Positions 19,192 to 27,997 of a stretch of DNA of 35,148 nt are shown here, in pieces. The position numbers were made by a program, and so were the translations under genes. Within the stretch, counting starts at the first letter, position 1, and each line of letters opens with the position of its first letter. Below the pieces are notes generated by a model, which saw nothing but the letters and a program-made list of their open reading frames with translations, was not told the origin of the DNA and made no database searches. This stretch comes from Elusimicrobiota bacterium (GTDB lineage Bacteria > Elusimicrobiota > Elusimicrobia > 2-02-FULL-39-32), in the NCBI GenBank assembly GCA_023249715.1, contig JAHFCA010000001.1, forward strand, positions 1-35,148. The letters run 5' to 3'.

Positions 19192-20583
19192 ATGGCCGAA
19201 GCAAAGAATGTACTAACGACGCTATTAGATCAAATTGAAAGAGACAAAGGAGTTAAAAAAGAAGAACTCTTAAAGATGATAGAAGCCTCCTTGGTTTCCG
19301 CCTATAGAAAGCATTATGGTAAAAATATCAATGTCATTGCCACCATCGATCCGGAGACTGCTGCCATAAAGGCGTATGTCATTAAGAAAGTTGTGGAGGA
19401 CGTAAAAAATCCAACAGAAGAAATTTCTCCCAAAGAAGTTTTGAGTTTAGGTTTAAAAGCCGCGCTTGGGGAAGACGTGAACATTGCTGTGGACACGGAA
19501 GATTTTTCGAGAATTGCGGCCCAAATTGCCAAACAGATTATTGTGCAAAAAATTAGAGAGGTGGAACGCACCACTCTATTTGCGGAATTTAGCGGAAAAG
19601 AAAATTCTTTAGCCAGCGGGTCTGTATTTCGGTTTGCGGATCGGAATATTATTGTGGATCTGGGCAAGGCAGAGGCCTTAATGCCTATGAGCGAGCAAGT
19701 GAGACGGGAACGTTTTAATGTGGGAGATCGGGTTAAAGTTTTGGTATTACGGGTAGAGAGGGGCAGTCGCGGGCCCGTAGTCATAGTCTCCCGATCCCAT
19801 CCAGATTTGGTGAAGCGGTTGTTGGAGCTCGAAGTTCCCGAAGTCACCGATAAAATCGTAGAAGTAATTTCTGTTGTTCGCGATCCTGGTTTTAGGGCTA
19901 AGGTATTAGTAAAATCGAACAACTCTAAGATTGATCCGGTAGGGACTTGCGTGGGGGTGCGAGGGTCTAGGATCCGTCCCGTTATTGATGAGTTGCATGG
20001 AGAAAGAATTGATCTTATTCCGTGGAACAGTGAGACGGAAAAATTTATTGGCGCCTCTTTATCTCCCGCGAAAGTATTATCGGTAACCATTCAGAAAGAT
20101 GATTCTAAAATCGCGGATGTTTTGGTTCCGGACGATATGCTCTCGCTTGCGATTGGTAAAAATGGGCAAAATGTCCGACTCGCCTCAAAATTAACCGGTT
20201 GGAATATTAACGTAAAATCAGAATCACAGAAAAAGGATGATGCGGCAAAAATACTTAGTTCCGCTCAAAAAAGTCTAGCCGATATTGAGGGAGTAGGGCC
20301 AAGAATAGCCGATGTATTGATTAAAGGGGGATGGGCTCATCCCGCCAAGATAGCGAGCGCCACCAAAGAACAATTGACTGCGCTGCAAGGCATTGGAGAT
20401 AAAACAGCTGAAAAATTAATAGAATCGGCTAAAGCTCTCCTAGAAAAAGAGGCGAATCAAAAAGAAGCAACTAAGCCAGCGGAAGAAAAAGGAAAGGAGG
20501 TGAGTATTAGTGAAGAAAGAGAAAAAGGGAACGAAATCTCCCAAAAAGGAGACATTGGATCCAGCCAAGAAAAAGAGTGTTAA
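19192..20583 (+). CDS. nusA: transcription termination/antitermination factor NusA
   Basis: N-terminal domain, S1 (GDRVKVLVLRVERGSRGPVVIVSRSHP), KH1/KH2 (DPVGTCVGVRGSRIRPV; LAIGKNGQNVRLASKLTGW) and HhH repeats (IEGVGPRIADVL; LQGIGDKTAEKL). K/E-rich tail. Confidence 0.9.
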   Translation: MAEAKNVLTTLLDQIERDKGVKKEELLKMIEASLVSAYRKHYGKNINVIATIDPETAAIKAYVIKKVVEDVKNPTEEISPKEVLSLGLKAALGEDVNIAVDTEDFSRIAAQIAKQIIVQKIREVERTTLFAEFSGKENSLASGSVFRFADRNIIVDLGKAEALMPMSEQVRRERFNVGDRVKVLVLRVERGSRGPVVIVSRSHPDLVKRLLELEVPEVTDKIVEVISVVRDPGFRAKVLVKSNNSKIDPVGTCVGVRGSRIRPVIDELHGERIDLIPWNSETEKFIGASLSPAKVLSVTIQKDDSKIADVLVPDDMLSLAIGKNGQNVRLASKLTGWNINVKSESQKKDDAAKILSSAQKSLADIEGVGPRIADVLIKGGWAHPAKIASATKEQLTALQGIGDKTAEKLIESAKALLEKEANQKEATKPAEEKGKEVSISEEREKGNEISQKGDIGSSQEKEC

Positions 20584-22627
20584 GGCAACGCAACCTAAAG
20601 AAGAAAAAAGTCCTCTTCCGGAAAAAGCTAAGAGTAAAAGGGGGCCGAAGGCCAAATCTTTAGGACTCTCCATTGGGGAAAGTCCTCTTAAAGAATCTCC
20701 GACTGTTGCGATTCCTGCGGTTATCGCTCCTCTACCCGTGGTAAACAAAGAGAGCGCCGCGCCTTCTTCTAAAGAAAAAAGTGTGATTCCAGAACAAGCT
20801 CCAAAAACAGAGAAGCTGGAAATACCTACAAAACAAAATATTACTGAAGTTCCTTTGAAGCCACGGGAATCATTGAAACCAAAAATTACATTTAATGAAA
20901 CTATTACGGTTAAAGATTTATCCGATAAAATGAATTTAAAGATCGGAGATATTTTAATGCGCCTGTTAAAAATGGGAGTGCGAGCGAGTTTAAACCAACG
21001 TTTAGATGTGGATACGACTACTCTGTTAGCTGCGGAATATGGGGTGGAGGCTGAATTTGTTCCCATCTATAGCGAAGAAGGGATGTTAAAAAATGAAGAG
21101 GAAGATAAAAGCAATTTAAAACCCAGACCTCCCATTGTTACGGTGATGGGCCATGTGGACCATGGGAAGACCTCTTTGCTAGACGCTATTCGGGAAGCGA
21201 GGGTCGCGGAAAAAGAGGCGGGAGGCATTACGCAGCATATTGGAGCGTACAAAGTTCGTTGTGAAAAGGGCGATATTGTATTTTTAGATACTCCCGGCCA
21301 TGAAGCATTCACCGCCATGAGAGCGAGGGGAGCCCAAGCGACAGACTTAGTGGTATTGGTGGTAGCGGCCGATGATGGAGTAATGCCTCAGACTGTGGAG
21401 GCGATTGATCACGCCCGTGCCGCCGGAGTGAATATTTTAGTCGCGATCAATAAAATTGATTTGCCTCAAGGAAAACCGGAAAGAGTGAAACAAGAACTTT
21501 CGAAATATGATTTAAGTCCGGAAGAATGGGGGGGTAAAACTATTTTTGTAGAGGTATCCGCTAAAAAGCGTTTGAATATCGATAAACTTTTAGAAATGAT
21601 TCTCTTAGAAGCGGAATTAATGGAACTAAAAGCAAATCCCAATCGGAATGGGCGAGGGGTGGTGATCGAAGCGAAACTCGATCCCCAAAAGGGTCCGGTA
21701 GCGACCGTATTGGTTCAAAAAGGAACCTTAAGAATAGGCAACACTTTTGTCTGCGGATTAACGAGTGGTCGGGTAAAGGCTCTAACGGATGATAGGGGAT
21801 GCCGCATTATTGAAGCCACTCCGGCAACTCCGGTAGAAGTGCTGGGATTCTCTGAGACTCCTCAATTAGGGGATGGCGTGATTGTGGTGAATTCAGAAAA
21901 AGAATCTCGAGATATCATTGAAAAAAGAAAAAATTTAAGCCGAGAAGCTATTTTTGAAAAGAAGCGCCACATCTCTTTGGAACTACTCTCAAAAGTGGCT
22001 AAAGAAGGAAAAATTAAAGAATTAAAAATTGTATTAAAAGCCGATGTTCAGGGCTCCTTAGAAGCGTTGAAGGATTCTATTGGTAAGATTGAAAATCATG
22101 AAATTATGGTTCGAGTGATCCATTCCGGGGTGGGAGGCATTACAGAATCCGACGTTTCGTTGGCAGCCGCTTCGGATGCGATCCTGATTGGTTTTTCTGT
22201 TCGGCCCGAACCGGCGGGGGAAGAGCTTGCCCGCAGAGAAGGCATAGAAATAAAAACCTATCGCATTATTTATGAGGTGATAAAGGATATTCGCGATTCT
22301 CTCAGCGGGCTCCTGACTCCAGAAGAAAAAGAGAGTGCGCAGGGTCGTTTGGAAATCCGTCAAGTCTTTAAAACCCCTCAAGGGAAAGTAGGCGGATGTA
22401 TGGTGGTGCAAGGAAAAATTAGCCGGGCTGCTCGCGTAAGGCTGCTGAGAGATTCCAAAATTATATTCGATGGAAAAATACTCGCATTAAAACGATTTAA
22501 AGATGATGTAAAAGAAGTAGAGCAAGGTTTTGAATGCGGAGTTTCTTTGGAAAACTTTGATGATTTAAACCCCAAAGATATCCTTGAAACCTATATTATA
22601 GAGACGCATGCTCGAAAATTAGAGTAA
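20510..22627 (+). CDS. infB: translation initiation factor IF-2
   Basis: GTPase G-domain ([28 protein letters not shown]), then domains II-IV. K/P/E-rich N-terminus. The GTG start at 20510 has AAGGAGG 9 nt upstream and is the first start after an in-frame TGA. It overlaps nusA by 74 nt. Confidence 0.9.
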   Translation: MKKEKKGTKSPKKETLDPAKKKSVKATQPKEEKSPLPEKAKSKRGPKAKSLGLSIGESPLKESPTVAIPAVIAPLPVVNKESAAPSSKEKSVIPEQAPKTEKLEIPTKQNITEVPLKPRESLKPKITFNETITVKDLSDKMNLKIGDILMRLLKMGVRASLNQRLDVDTTTLLAAEYGVEAEFVPIYSEEGMLKNEEEDKSNLKPRPPIVTVMGHVDHGKTSLLDAIREARVAEKEAGGITQHIGAYKVRCEKGDIVFLDTPGHEAFTAMRARGAQATDLVVLVVAADDGVMPQTVEAIDHARAAGVNILVAINKIDLPQGKPERVKQELSKYDLSPEEWGGKTIFVEVSAKKRLNIDKLLEMILLEAELMELKANPNRNGRGVVIEAKLDPQKGPVATVLVQKGTLRIGNTFVCGLTSGRVKALTDDRGCRIIEATPATPVEVLGFSETPQLGDGVIVVNSEKESRDIIEKRKNLSREAIFEKKRHISLELLSKVAKEGKIKELKIVLKADVQGSLEALKDSIGKIENHEIMVRVIHSGVGGITESDVSLAAASDAILIGFSVRPEPAGEELARREGIEIKTYRIIYEVIKDIRDSLSGLLTPEEKESAQGRLEIRQVFKTPQGKVGGCMVVQGKISRAARVRLLRDSKIIFDGKILALKRFKDDVKEVEQGFECGVSLENFDDLNPKDILETYIIETHARKLE

Positions 22628-22632
22628 TCCCC

Positions 22633-23022
22633 ATGCAGTTTAAGCGATCGGAAAGGGTGAGCGAACTCTTACGGCATGAAATTTCTAAACTCGTTCAAGA
22701 AATTCAAAATCCAAAATTGGGTTTTGTTACCATTACGGCCGTAAAAGTATCGGATGATTTAAGCGAAGCAAAGGTTTTCTACTCTGTTTATGGGAGTGAG
22801 GAAGAAAAAAAGATAAGCGGAGAAATTTTAATTCGCGCGGTCTCTTTTATTCGGCATTCTTTAGGAAAAAGGTTGGAAAGCTTAAAAAAAGTTCCTACGC
22901 TTAAATTTATATTTGATACGACTCTAGAACAAGCTCAAAGAATTAATTCTATTTTAAACCAAATTGCCCAAGAACGCACCGACGACCCAGCGGAAAACAA
23001 TTCAGAACAAAAACCACAATAA
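22633..23022 (+). CDS. rbfA: ribosome-binding factor A
   Basis: 129 aa with RSERVSELLRHEISKLV and a KH-like core. Conserved position after infB. Confidence 0.85.
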   Translation: MQFKRSERVSELLRHEISKLVQEIQNPKLGFVTITAVKVSDDLSEAKVFYSVYGSEEEKKISGEILIRAVSFIRHSLGKRLESLKKVPTLKFIFDTTLEQAQRINSILNQIAQERTDDPAENNSEQKPQ

Positions 23023-23036
23023 AATCTTTTTCTTCC

Positions 23037-24008
23037 ATGAATAAAGTTAAAATATTTCAAGAGATTATTGTTGCCCTTAAAGCAGGTAAAACTTTTTTTC
23101 TTTCGGGGCATAAAAAACCGGACGGGGATACGGTGGCTTCGGAGTTAGCCATGCAGAGCCTGCTACATCGCCTCCATAAAAAATGCGATATCTATAATGC
23201 CGAATCGGTTCCTTTGAACTTGTCCTTTATGCCTGGAGTTAAGACGATAAAGACATCTAAAAATGTTATAAAAAATTATGATGTGGCGATTATTTTTGAG
23301 TGTTCGGGTCCCGACCGAATGGGAAATATTATTGATTTAAAAAAGAGAGTTAAAACGGTAATCAATATTGATCACCATTTAAAACATGGAGCCTTTGGAG
23401 ATATCAATTTAATTGACGTGAAGGCCTCCTCTAATTCGGAACAATTGTTTTATCTTTTTAAACAATTAAACTTTCCTTTAACAAAGAATGAAGCCACATG
23501 TTTGTATGTGGGAATTACCGCCGATACGGGAAGATTTCGTCATTCCAATACGAATGCGGAAACTCTGTGGATTGCGTCCCGTTTGTTACAACGCGGAGTT
23601 CAGCCAGCGCCATTAAGTGAAAAAATGTTCGAAACGCGTGGGCGGAGCGCTCTGAAGCTTTTGGGACATTGTTTAAGTAATTTAGAGCTCATGCAAAATA
23701 ATAAAATCGCCATGATGGCAATTGCTCCTAAAGATTTTAGCGCGACGCATTCTACGGATGAAGATACCGAAGAGATCGTTAATTATGGGCTTATGATTCC
23801 CACCACTTTAATTTCTATCTTGGTGCGCCAGCCTAAAAGCGGAGACCCCGTTAAGGTGAGTTTTAGAGGGAGGAGAGAAGCGAATGTTTGCGCGCTTGCG
23901 GAGAAATTTGGCGGGGGCGGGCATCGCTACGCCGCGGGTTGCGAAATAGAGGATTCTTTAGAAAATGTTTATGAAAAGATCCTGACTGCGGCAAAAAAGG
24001 CGGTGTAA
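23037..24008 (+). CDS. DHH/DHHA1 phosphoesterase (NrnA-like nanoRNase / pAp phosphatase family)
   Basis: 323 aa with DHH motifs (SGHKKPDGDTVAS, NIDHH) and the DHHA1 motif (FGGGGHRYAAG). The rbfA-adjacent position is as in actinobacterial nrnA/cnpB loci. Confidence 0.75.
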   Translation: MNKVKIFQEIIVALKAGKTFFLSGHKKPDGDTVASELAMQSLLHRLHKKCDIYNAESVPLNLSFMPGVKTIKTSKNVIKNYDVAIIFECSGPDRMGNIIDLKKRVKTVINIDHHLKHGAFGDINLIDVKASSNSEQLFYLFKQLNFPLTKNEATCLYVGITADTGRFRHSNTNAETLWIASRLLQRGVQPAPLSEKMFETRGRSALKLLGHCLSNLELMQNNKIAMMAIAPKDFSATHSTDEDTEEIVNYGLMIPTTLISILVRQPKSGDPVKVSFRGRREANVCALAEKFGGGGHRYAAGCEIEDSLENVYEKILTAAKKAV

Positions 24009-24020
24009 TATCCCGGATTC

Positions 24021-24938
24021 ATGGAAAATAAGGGAAATATTCTTACCCTTGGCACGTTTGATGGCGTTCATAGAGGTCACCAAGCTCTCTTAAATAGCGT
24101 TACAACCTTTGCTAAGGAACTGCATTTAAAATCCCTGGCTTTAACCTTTACAAAACCCCCGCGGCTTTATTTTTCTCCCAGCAAAGAACCTACCCTATTG
24201 ACGACTATCCAGGAAAAGAGACGTTTTCTGAATTCTATAGGAATAGATCGAGTCCGTGTTTTAAATTTTAACCAATCGTTAGCTTCGGTTTCCGCTACGG
24301 ATTTCTTTAACCGCATTATCCTGCGGCAATGCGGGGCTAAAGGGATTGTGGTGGGGTACAATTTTTGTTTTGGATCGTCTCGAGAGGGAACTATCCCCTT
24401 TTTAAAGAAGATGGCAAAAAGGAAAGGAATTCGAGTAGAGGTGCTTCCTCCCTTACTCAAGGGAGAACGTCCTATTTCTTCGGGCTGGATTAGAGAGAGT
24501 CTTAAGCGCGGTCATTTAAAATTGGCGAATGATCTTTTAGGCCGAGCGTACTCTGCAGAGGGGACCGTTGTACCTGGTTTGGGGATTGGCAAAAAAATTG
24601 GATTTCCGACCCTAAATTTTAAAGTCGATCCCATGAAAATTTTACCGGAAGGTGTTTTTGTGGTTAAGGTGAACTTGAAGGATGAGAATAAATTCTGGAT
24701 TGGCATGGCAAACGTGGGGGTGCGCCCCACGATTATGGATGACTTAAAGAATAAACGCTTGGAAGTCCATCTGCTTAATTTTAGAGGGAATCTTTATGGG
24801 GAAACTCTTACCGCGCACTTTCTTAAAAAAATCAGATCGGAGAAAAAATTCGATTCCCTGGGAAGTTTAAAAGCGCAATTGAAGAAGGATCTTGAGGTTA
24901 CAAAGCATTCGCTTTTCTTCCGGCTTACGCGGGAATGA
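24021..24938 (+). CDS. ribF: bifunctional riboflavin kinase / FMN adenylyltransferase
   Basis: N-terminal nucleotidyltransferase motif GTFDGVHRGHQ. C-terminal riboflavin kinase motifs (GFPTLN, EVHLLNF.G.LYG). Confidence 0.85.
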   Translation: MENKGNILTLGTFDGVHRGHQALLNSVTTFAKELHLKSLALTFTKPPRLYFSPSKEPTLLTTIQEKRRFLNSIGIDRVRVLNFNQSLASVSATDFFNRIILRQCGAKGIVVGYNFCFGSSREGTIPFLKKMAKRKGIRVEVLPPLLKGERPISSGWIRESLKRGHLKLANDLLGRAYSAEGTVVPGLGIGKKIGFPTLNFKVDPMKILPEGVFVVKVNLKDENKFWIGMANVGVRPTIMDDLKNKRLEVHLLNFRGNLYGETLTAHFLKKIRSEKKFDSLGSLKAQLKKDLEVTKHSLFFRLTRE

Positions 24939-24987
24939 CGAGTGTAACTTTACTTATAAATAAAAAATTGCTATTCTATGTTCTTAT

Positions 24988-25257
24988 ATGGCATTAACTA
25001 AAGAGAAAATAAAAACACTCATCGGGGAATTTCGTGTCCATGAAAAGGACACCGGGAACACATCTCAGCAAATTGCGCTTCTGTCGGAACAGATACAGGT
25101 TTTAACCGGGCATTTGAAACAATGTCCTAAAGATTTTGCTTCATTGCAGGGTCTCTTTAAAATGGTGGGTCATCGTCGTCGATTGCTCCACTATATTAAA
25201 AATGAGAATCCAGACCAGTATCAAAAGTTAATTTCGCGTTTAGACCTCAGAAAGTAA
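24988..25257 (+). CDS. rpsO: 30S ribosomal protein S15
   Basis: 89 aa: MALTKEK...DTGNTSQQIALLSEQI..LTGHLK...KD..S..GL.KMVGHRRRLL.Y matches uS15 throughout. Confidence 0.95.
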   Translation: MALTKEKIKTLIGEFRVHEKDTGNTSQQIALLSEQIQVLTGHLKQCPKDFASLQGLFKMVGHRRRLLHYIKNENPDQYQKLISRLDLRK

Positions 25258-25320
25258 TCGCTCCCCAATAGCACTCCTACAAGCGATTCGGGTCTTCAAA
25301 AACTTAAATAAAAAGAGAGA

Positions 25321-27513
25321 GTGATTATGTCATCAAATCCTTATAAATTAAAAATACCTTTTGGAGCCAAAGAACTAGAGATTGAAATTGGCAGAGTTGC
25401 CAAGCAGGCAAGCGGGTCCGCTTTAGTCCGGTTAGGGGAGACTGTTCTCTTGGTGACAGCGGCTGTGGCTTCCGAAGTAAAAGAAGGGCAGGATTTTTTT
25501 CCACTGACCGTAGATTATAGAGAAAGAACGTATGCGGCGGGAAAAATTCCGGGAGGTTTCTTTAAAAGGGAAACCCGCCCTCGTGAAAATGAAATTTTAA
25601 CTTCCCGATTAGTGGATCGGTCCATCCGACCGCTATTCCCAGAAGGTTTTAGGAATGCTGTCCAGGTGAATGTTTTGGTGCTCTCTTGCGATCAGGATAA
25701 CGATACCGATATTGCCTCTATTGTGGGAGCTTCCGCAGTAGTTTGCGTTTCTCAAGTTCCATTTAATGGTCCGCTAGGAGCTGTTCGGGTAGGATTAATT
25801 GATGGAAATTTTGTCATCAATCCAACTAACGCAGAGCAAAAAAACAGCACTTTGGATTTAGTGGTGGCGGGGAGTCCTAAAGGACTCATTATGATTGAAA
25901 GCGGCGCTTCCGAAGTGAGCGAAGAGAAGATATTGGAAGCTTTGGAAGTCGCTCAAAAAGAGATTTTAGCTATTTGCGCAGCTCTTGCGCCATTGATAAA
26001 AGAATGTGGCAAAGAAAAGATGAGTTTTGAAGCGCCGAAGGCGGATCCCAAAATGAAGAAGGCGGTGGAAGAGTCTGTACGCCCCAAAATTCGGGAACTG
26101 ATTCGCACTCCGGATAAAGCAAAGAGGGAAAATGCGTTTTCAGAAGTTAAAACAGCTATGATCCAATCTTTATCTGAAACCTATCCAGAGCAAGAACTGA
26201 TGATGGGGCAGATTATAGAAGATGTGCTCTATGTGGAATCCCGGGCGTTGGTTTTAAATGAGAAGGTTCGAACAGACGGCAGAGCCTGGGACCAGATTCG
26301 GCCCATTGCATGTGAAGTTGGAGTTTTGCCCAGAACCCATGGTTCTAGCTTGTTTACTCGCGGCCAAACACAAGCGTTGGTCACCGTGACATTAGGTACT
26401 CCGGATGACATGCAGATTATGGACGAATTAAAAGGAGAATATAAAGAACGATTTATGCTCCACTATAATTTTCCCGGTTTTGCTACCGGAGAGGCGAGAG
26501 GAGACCGTACTCCCGGAAGAAGAGAAATTGGCCATGGAGCGTTAGCCAGAAGATCTTTGTTGCCGTTGCTCCCTACGAGCGAGGAGTTTCCTTATACGTT
26601 GCGCGTCGTTTCTGAAATTTTGGAATCGAACGGTTCTTCTTCTATGGCAAGCGTCTGTGGCGGTTCGTTAGCCTTATTAGATGCGGGCGTCCCCGTGAAA
26701 TCGACCTGCGCGGGGATTGCTATGGGTTTAATTACAGATTTTAAGAATGAAGGTGGAAAAAAATACGCTATTCTATCGGATATTATAGGAATGGAAGACC
26801 ATTTGGGAGATATGGATTTTAAAGTTGCCGGATCCTCAAAGGGAATTACCGCTCTCCAAATGGATGTAAAGATTGAAGGGGTGACCTTAGAGATTTTAAG
26901 AGAAGCTGTGGCTCAGGCTAAAAAGGGCCGGGAACATATTATGGGGAAAATGAATGCGGTATTGGCCGAGCATCGCGCAGATCTTTCTGCATTTGCCCCT
27001 AAAATGATAGTCGTGACTATTCCTGTAGAAAAAATCGGAGCGCTTATAGGCCCTGGGGGAAAGAACATCCGTAAAATAATCGAAGAGAGCGGAGCGGAAG
27101 TGAATGTGGACGATGATGGCAAGGTTTCCATCTCTTCCAGCGATTCCGCTGCGGTAGAAAAGGCAAAAGATATGGTAGAATCTACCGTAGCTGAAGTAGA
27201 GATAGGAAAAGTCTACAAAGGGAAGGTAACGCGTTTAATGAGTTTTGGAGCCTTTGTGGAAGTGTTACCCGGAAAAGAAGGACTCGTTCACATTTCTCAG
27301 ATTGATGTTGCTAGGGTTGAAAAAGTGGAAGATGTTCTTAAAGAAGGGGACGAAATCACGGTGAAGTGTATTGAAATCGATGCTCAGGGGCGAGTTAATT
27401 TATCGAGAAAAGCGCTTTTGCCGGGAGGAGAAGAGCAGGGGGGAGAGTATTCTCCAAGACCGCGACCCAGCCGTCCTCCCTTTTCCAGAGATCGCGGCAA
27501 ATTTAGAAAATAA
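25321..27513 (+). CDS. pnp: polyribonucleotide nucleotidyltransferase (PNPase)
   Basis: Two RNase PH domains (FFKRE.RP.E.EILTSRL.DR, HYNFPGFATGE, GRREIGHGALA), a KH domain (IGPGGKNIRKI) and an S1 domain (GKVTRLMSFGAFVE). GTG 25321 or ATG 25327 as start. Pro/Arg-rich C-terminal tail. Confidence 0.95.
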   Translation: MIMSSNPYKLKIPFGAKELEIEIGRVAKQASGSALVRLGETVLLVTAAVASEVKEGQDFFPLTVDYRERTYAAGKIPGGFFKRETRPRENEILTSRLVDRSIRPLFPEGFRNAVQVNVLVLSCDQDNDTDIASIVGASAVVCVSQVPFNGPLGAVRVGLIDGNFVINPTNAEQKNSTLDLVVAGSPKGLIMIESGASEVSEEKILEALEVAQKEILAICAALAPLIKECGKEKMSFEAPKADPKMKKAVEESVRPKIRELIRTPDKAKRENAFSEVKTAMIQSLSETYPEQELMMGQIIEDVLYVESRALVLNEKVRTDGRAWDQIRPIACEVGVLPRTHGSSLFTRGQTQALVTVTLGTPDDMQIMDELKGEYKERFMLHYNFPGFATGEARGDRTPGRREIGHGALARRSLLPLLPTSEEFPYTLRVVSEILESNGSSSMASVCGGSLALLDAGVPVKSTCAGIAMGLITDFKNEGGKKYAILSDIIGMEDHLGDMDFKVAGSSKGITALQMDVKIEGVTLEILREAVAQAKKGREHIMGKMNAVLAEHRADLSAFAPKMIVVTIPVEKIGALIGPGGKNIRKIIEESGAEVNVDDDGKVSISSSDSAAVEKAKDMVESTVAEVEIGKVYKGKVTRLMSFGAFVEVLPGKEGLVHISQIDVARVEKVEDVLKEGDEITVKCIEIDAQGRVNLSRKALLPGGEEQGGEYSPRPRPSRPPFSRDRGKFRK

Positions 27514-27522
27514 AATTCTTTA

Positions 27523-27978
27523 ATGGTAGAAGTAGAAGAATTATCTTTTTACTATAAAAAGATGGTAGATTCTAACCTTCTGGAATTAGAAGTAGAGATT
27601 CCGGGTGGCAAGGTAACCTTAAAAAGACACGATCCCAATACTAATCCTAATAATTTAAGACGCCGCCGCACTGATTTTTTTCCTGAATTACTACAGTCCC
27701 ATATTCCAGACTCGCTTTCAGCTTCTTCCAAAGATTATAAACAAATTGTATCTCCCTTAAACGGAGTTTTTTATCGGTCCTCTTCTCCTCAGTCGGCAGC
27801 ATTTGTTAAAGAGGGAGAGACAGTTCAGCCTGGAACTACTTTGTGCATTATAGAAGCGATGAAAGTTATGAACGAGATTAAGGCCGATAGTTCCTGTAAA
27901 ATTGTTCAAATTTTGGTAGAAAATGGAAAGTCTGTTACGAAAGGACAAGCTCTTTTTAATTGTGATCCCATCGCTTAA
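27523..27978 (+). CDS. accB: biotin carboxyl carrier protein of acetyl-CoA carboxylase
   Basis: 151 aa. The N-terminal L.ELEVE...V.L.R region, a P/S-rich linker and a biotinyl domain (SPLNGVFYRSSSP...GTTLCIIEAMKVMNEIKAD) align well with E. coli AccB from memory. Confidence 0.8.
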   Translation: MVEVEELSFYYKKMVDSNLLELEVEIPGGKVTLKRHDPNTNPNNLRRRRTDFFPELLQSHIPDSLSASSKDYKQIVSPLNGVFYRSSSPQSAAFVKEGETVQPGTTLCIIEAMKVMNEIKADSSCKIVQILVENGKSVTKGQALFNCDPIA

Positions 27979-27997
27979 ATTTTATTCCCATTAATCT

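Noticed and set aside
19314-21066. Long antisense ORFs inside nusA and infB (19314-20090, 258 aa; 20440-21066, 208 aa).
   Set aside because: They lie fully within well-supported sense genes. Their translations are low-complexity (S/T/F/L/P-rich mirror images of the K/E-rich sense sequence) with no recognisable motifs or SD. Purine-rich sense codons naturally deplete stops on the opposite strand.
25256-25288. 7-bp inverted repeat AATCGCT...AGCGATT in the rpsO-pnp gap, considered as the RNase III-processed hairpin or terminator known upstream of E. coli pnp.
   Set aside because: The stem is short, the loop is 19 nt, there is no T-tract, and the pattern is easily produced by chance. Not supportable from sequence alone.
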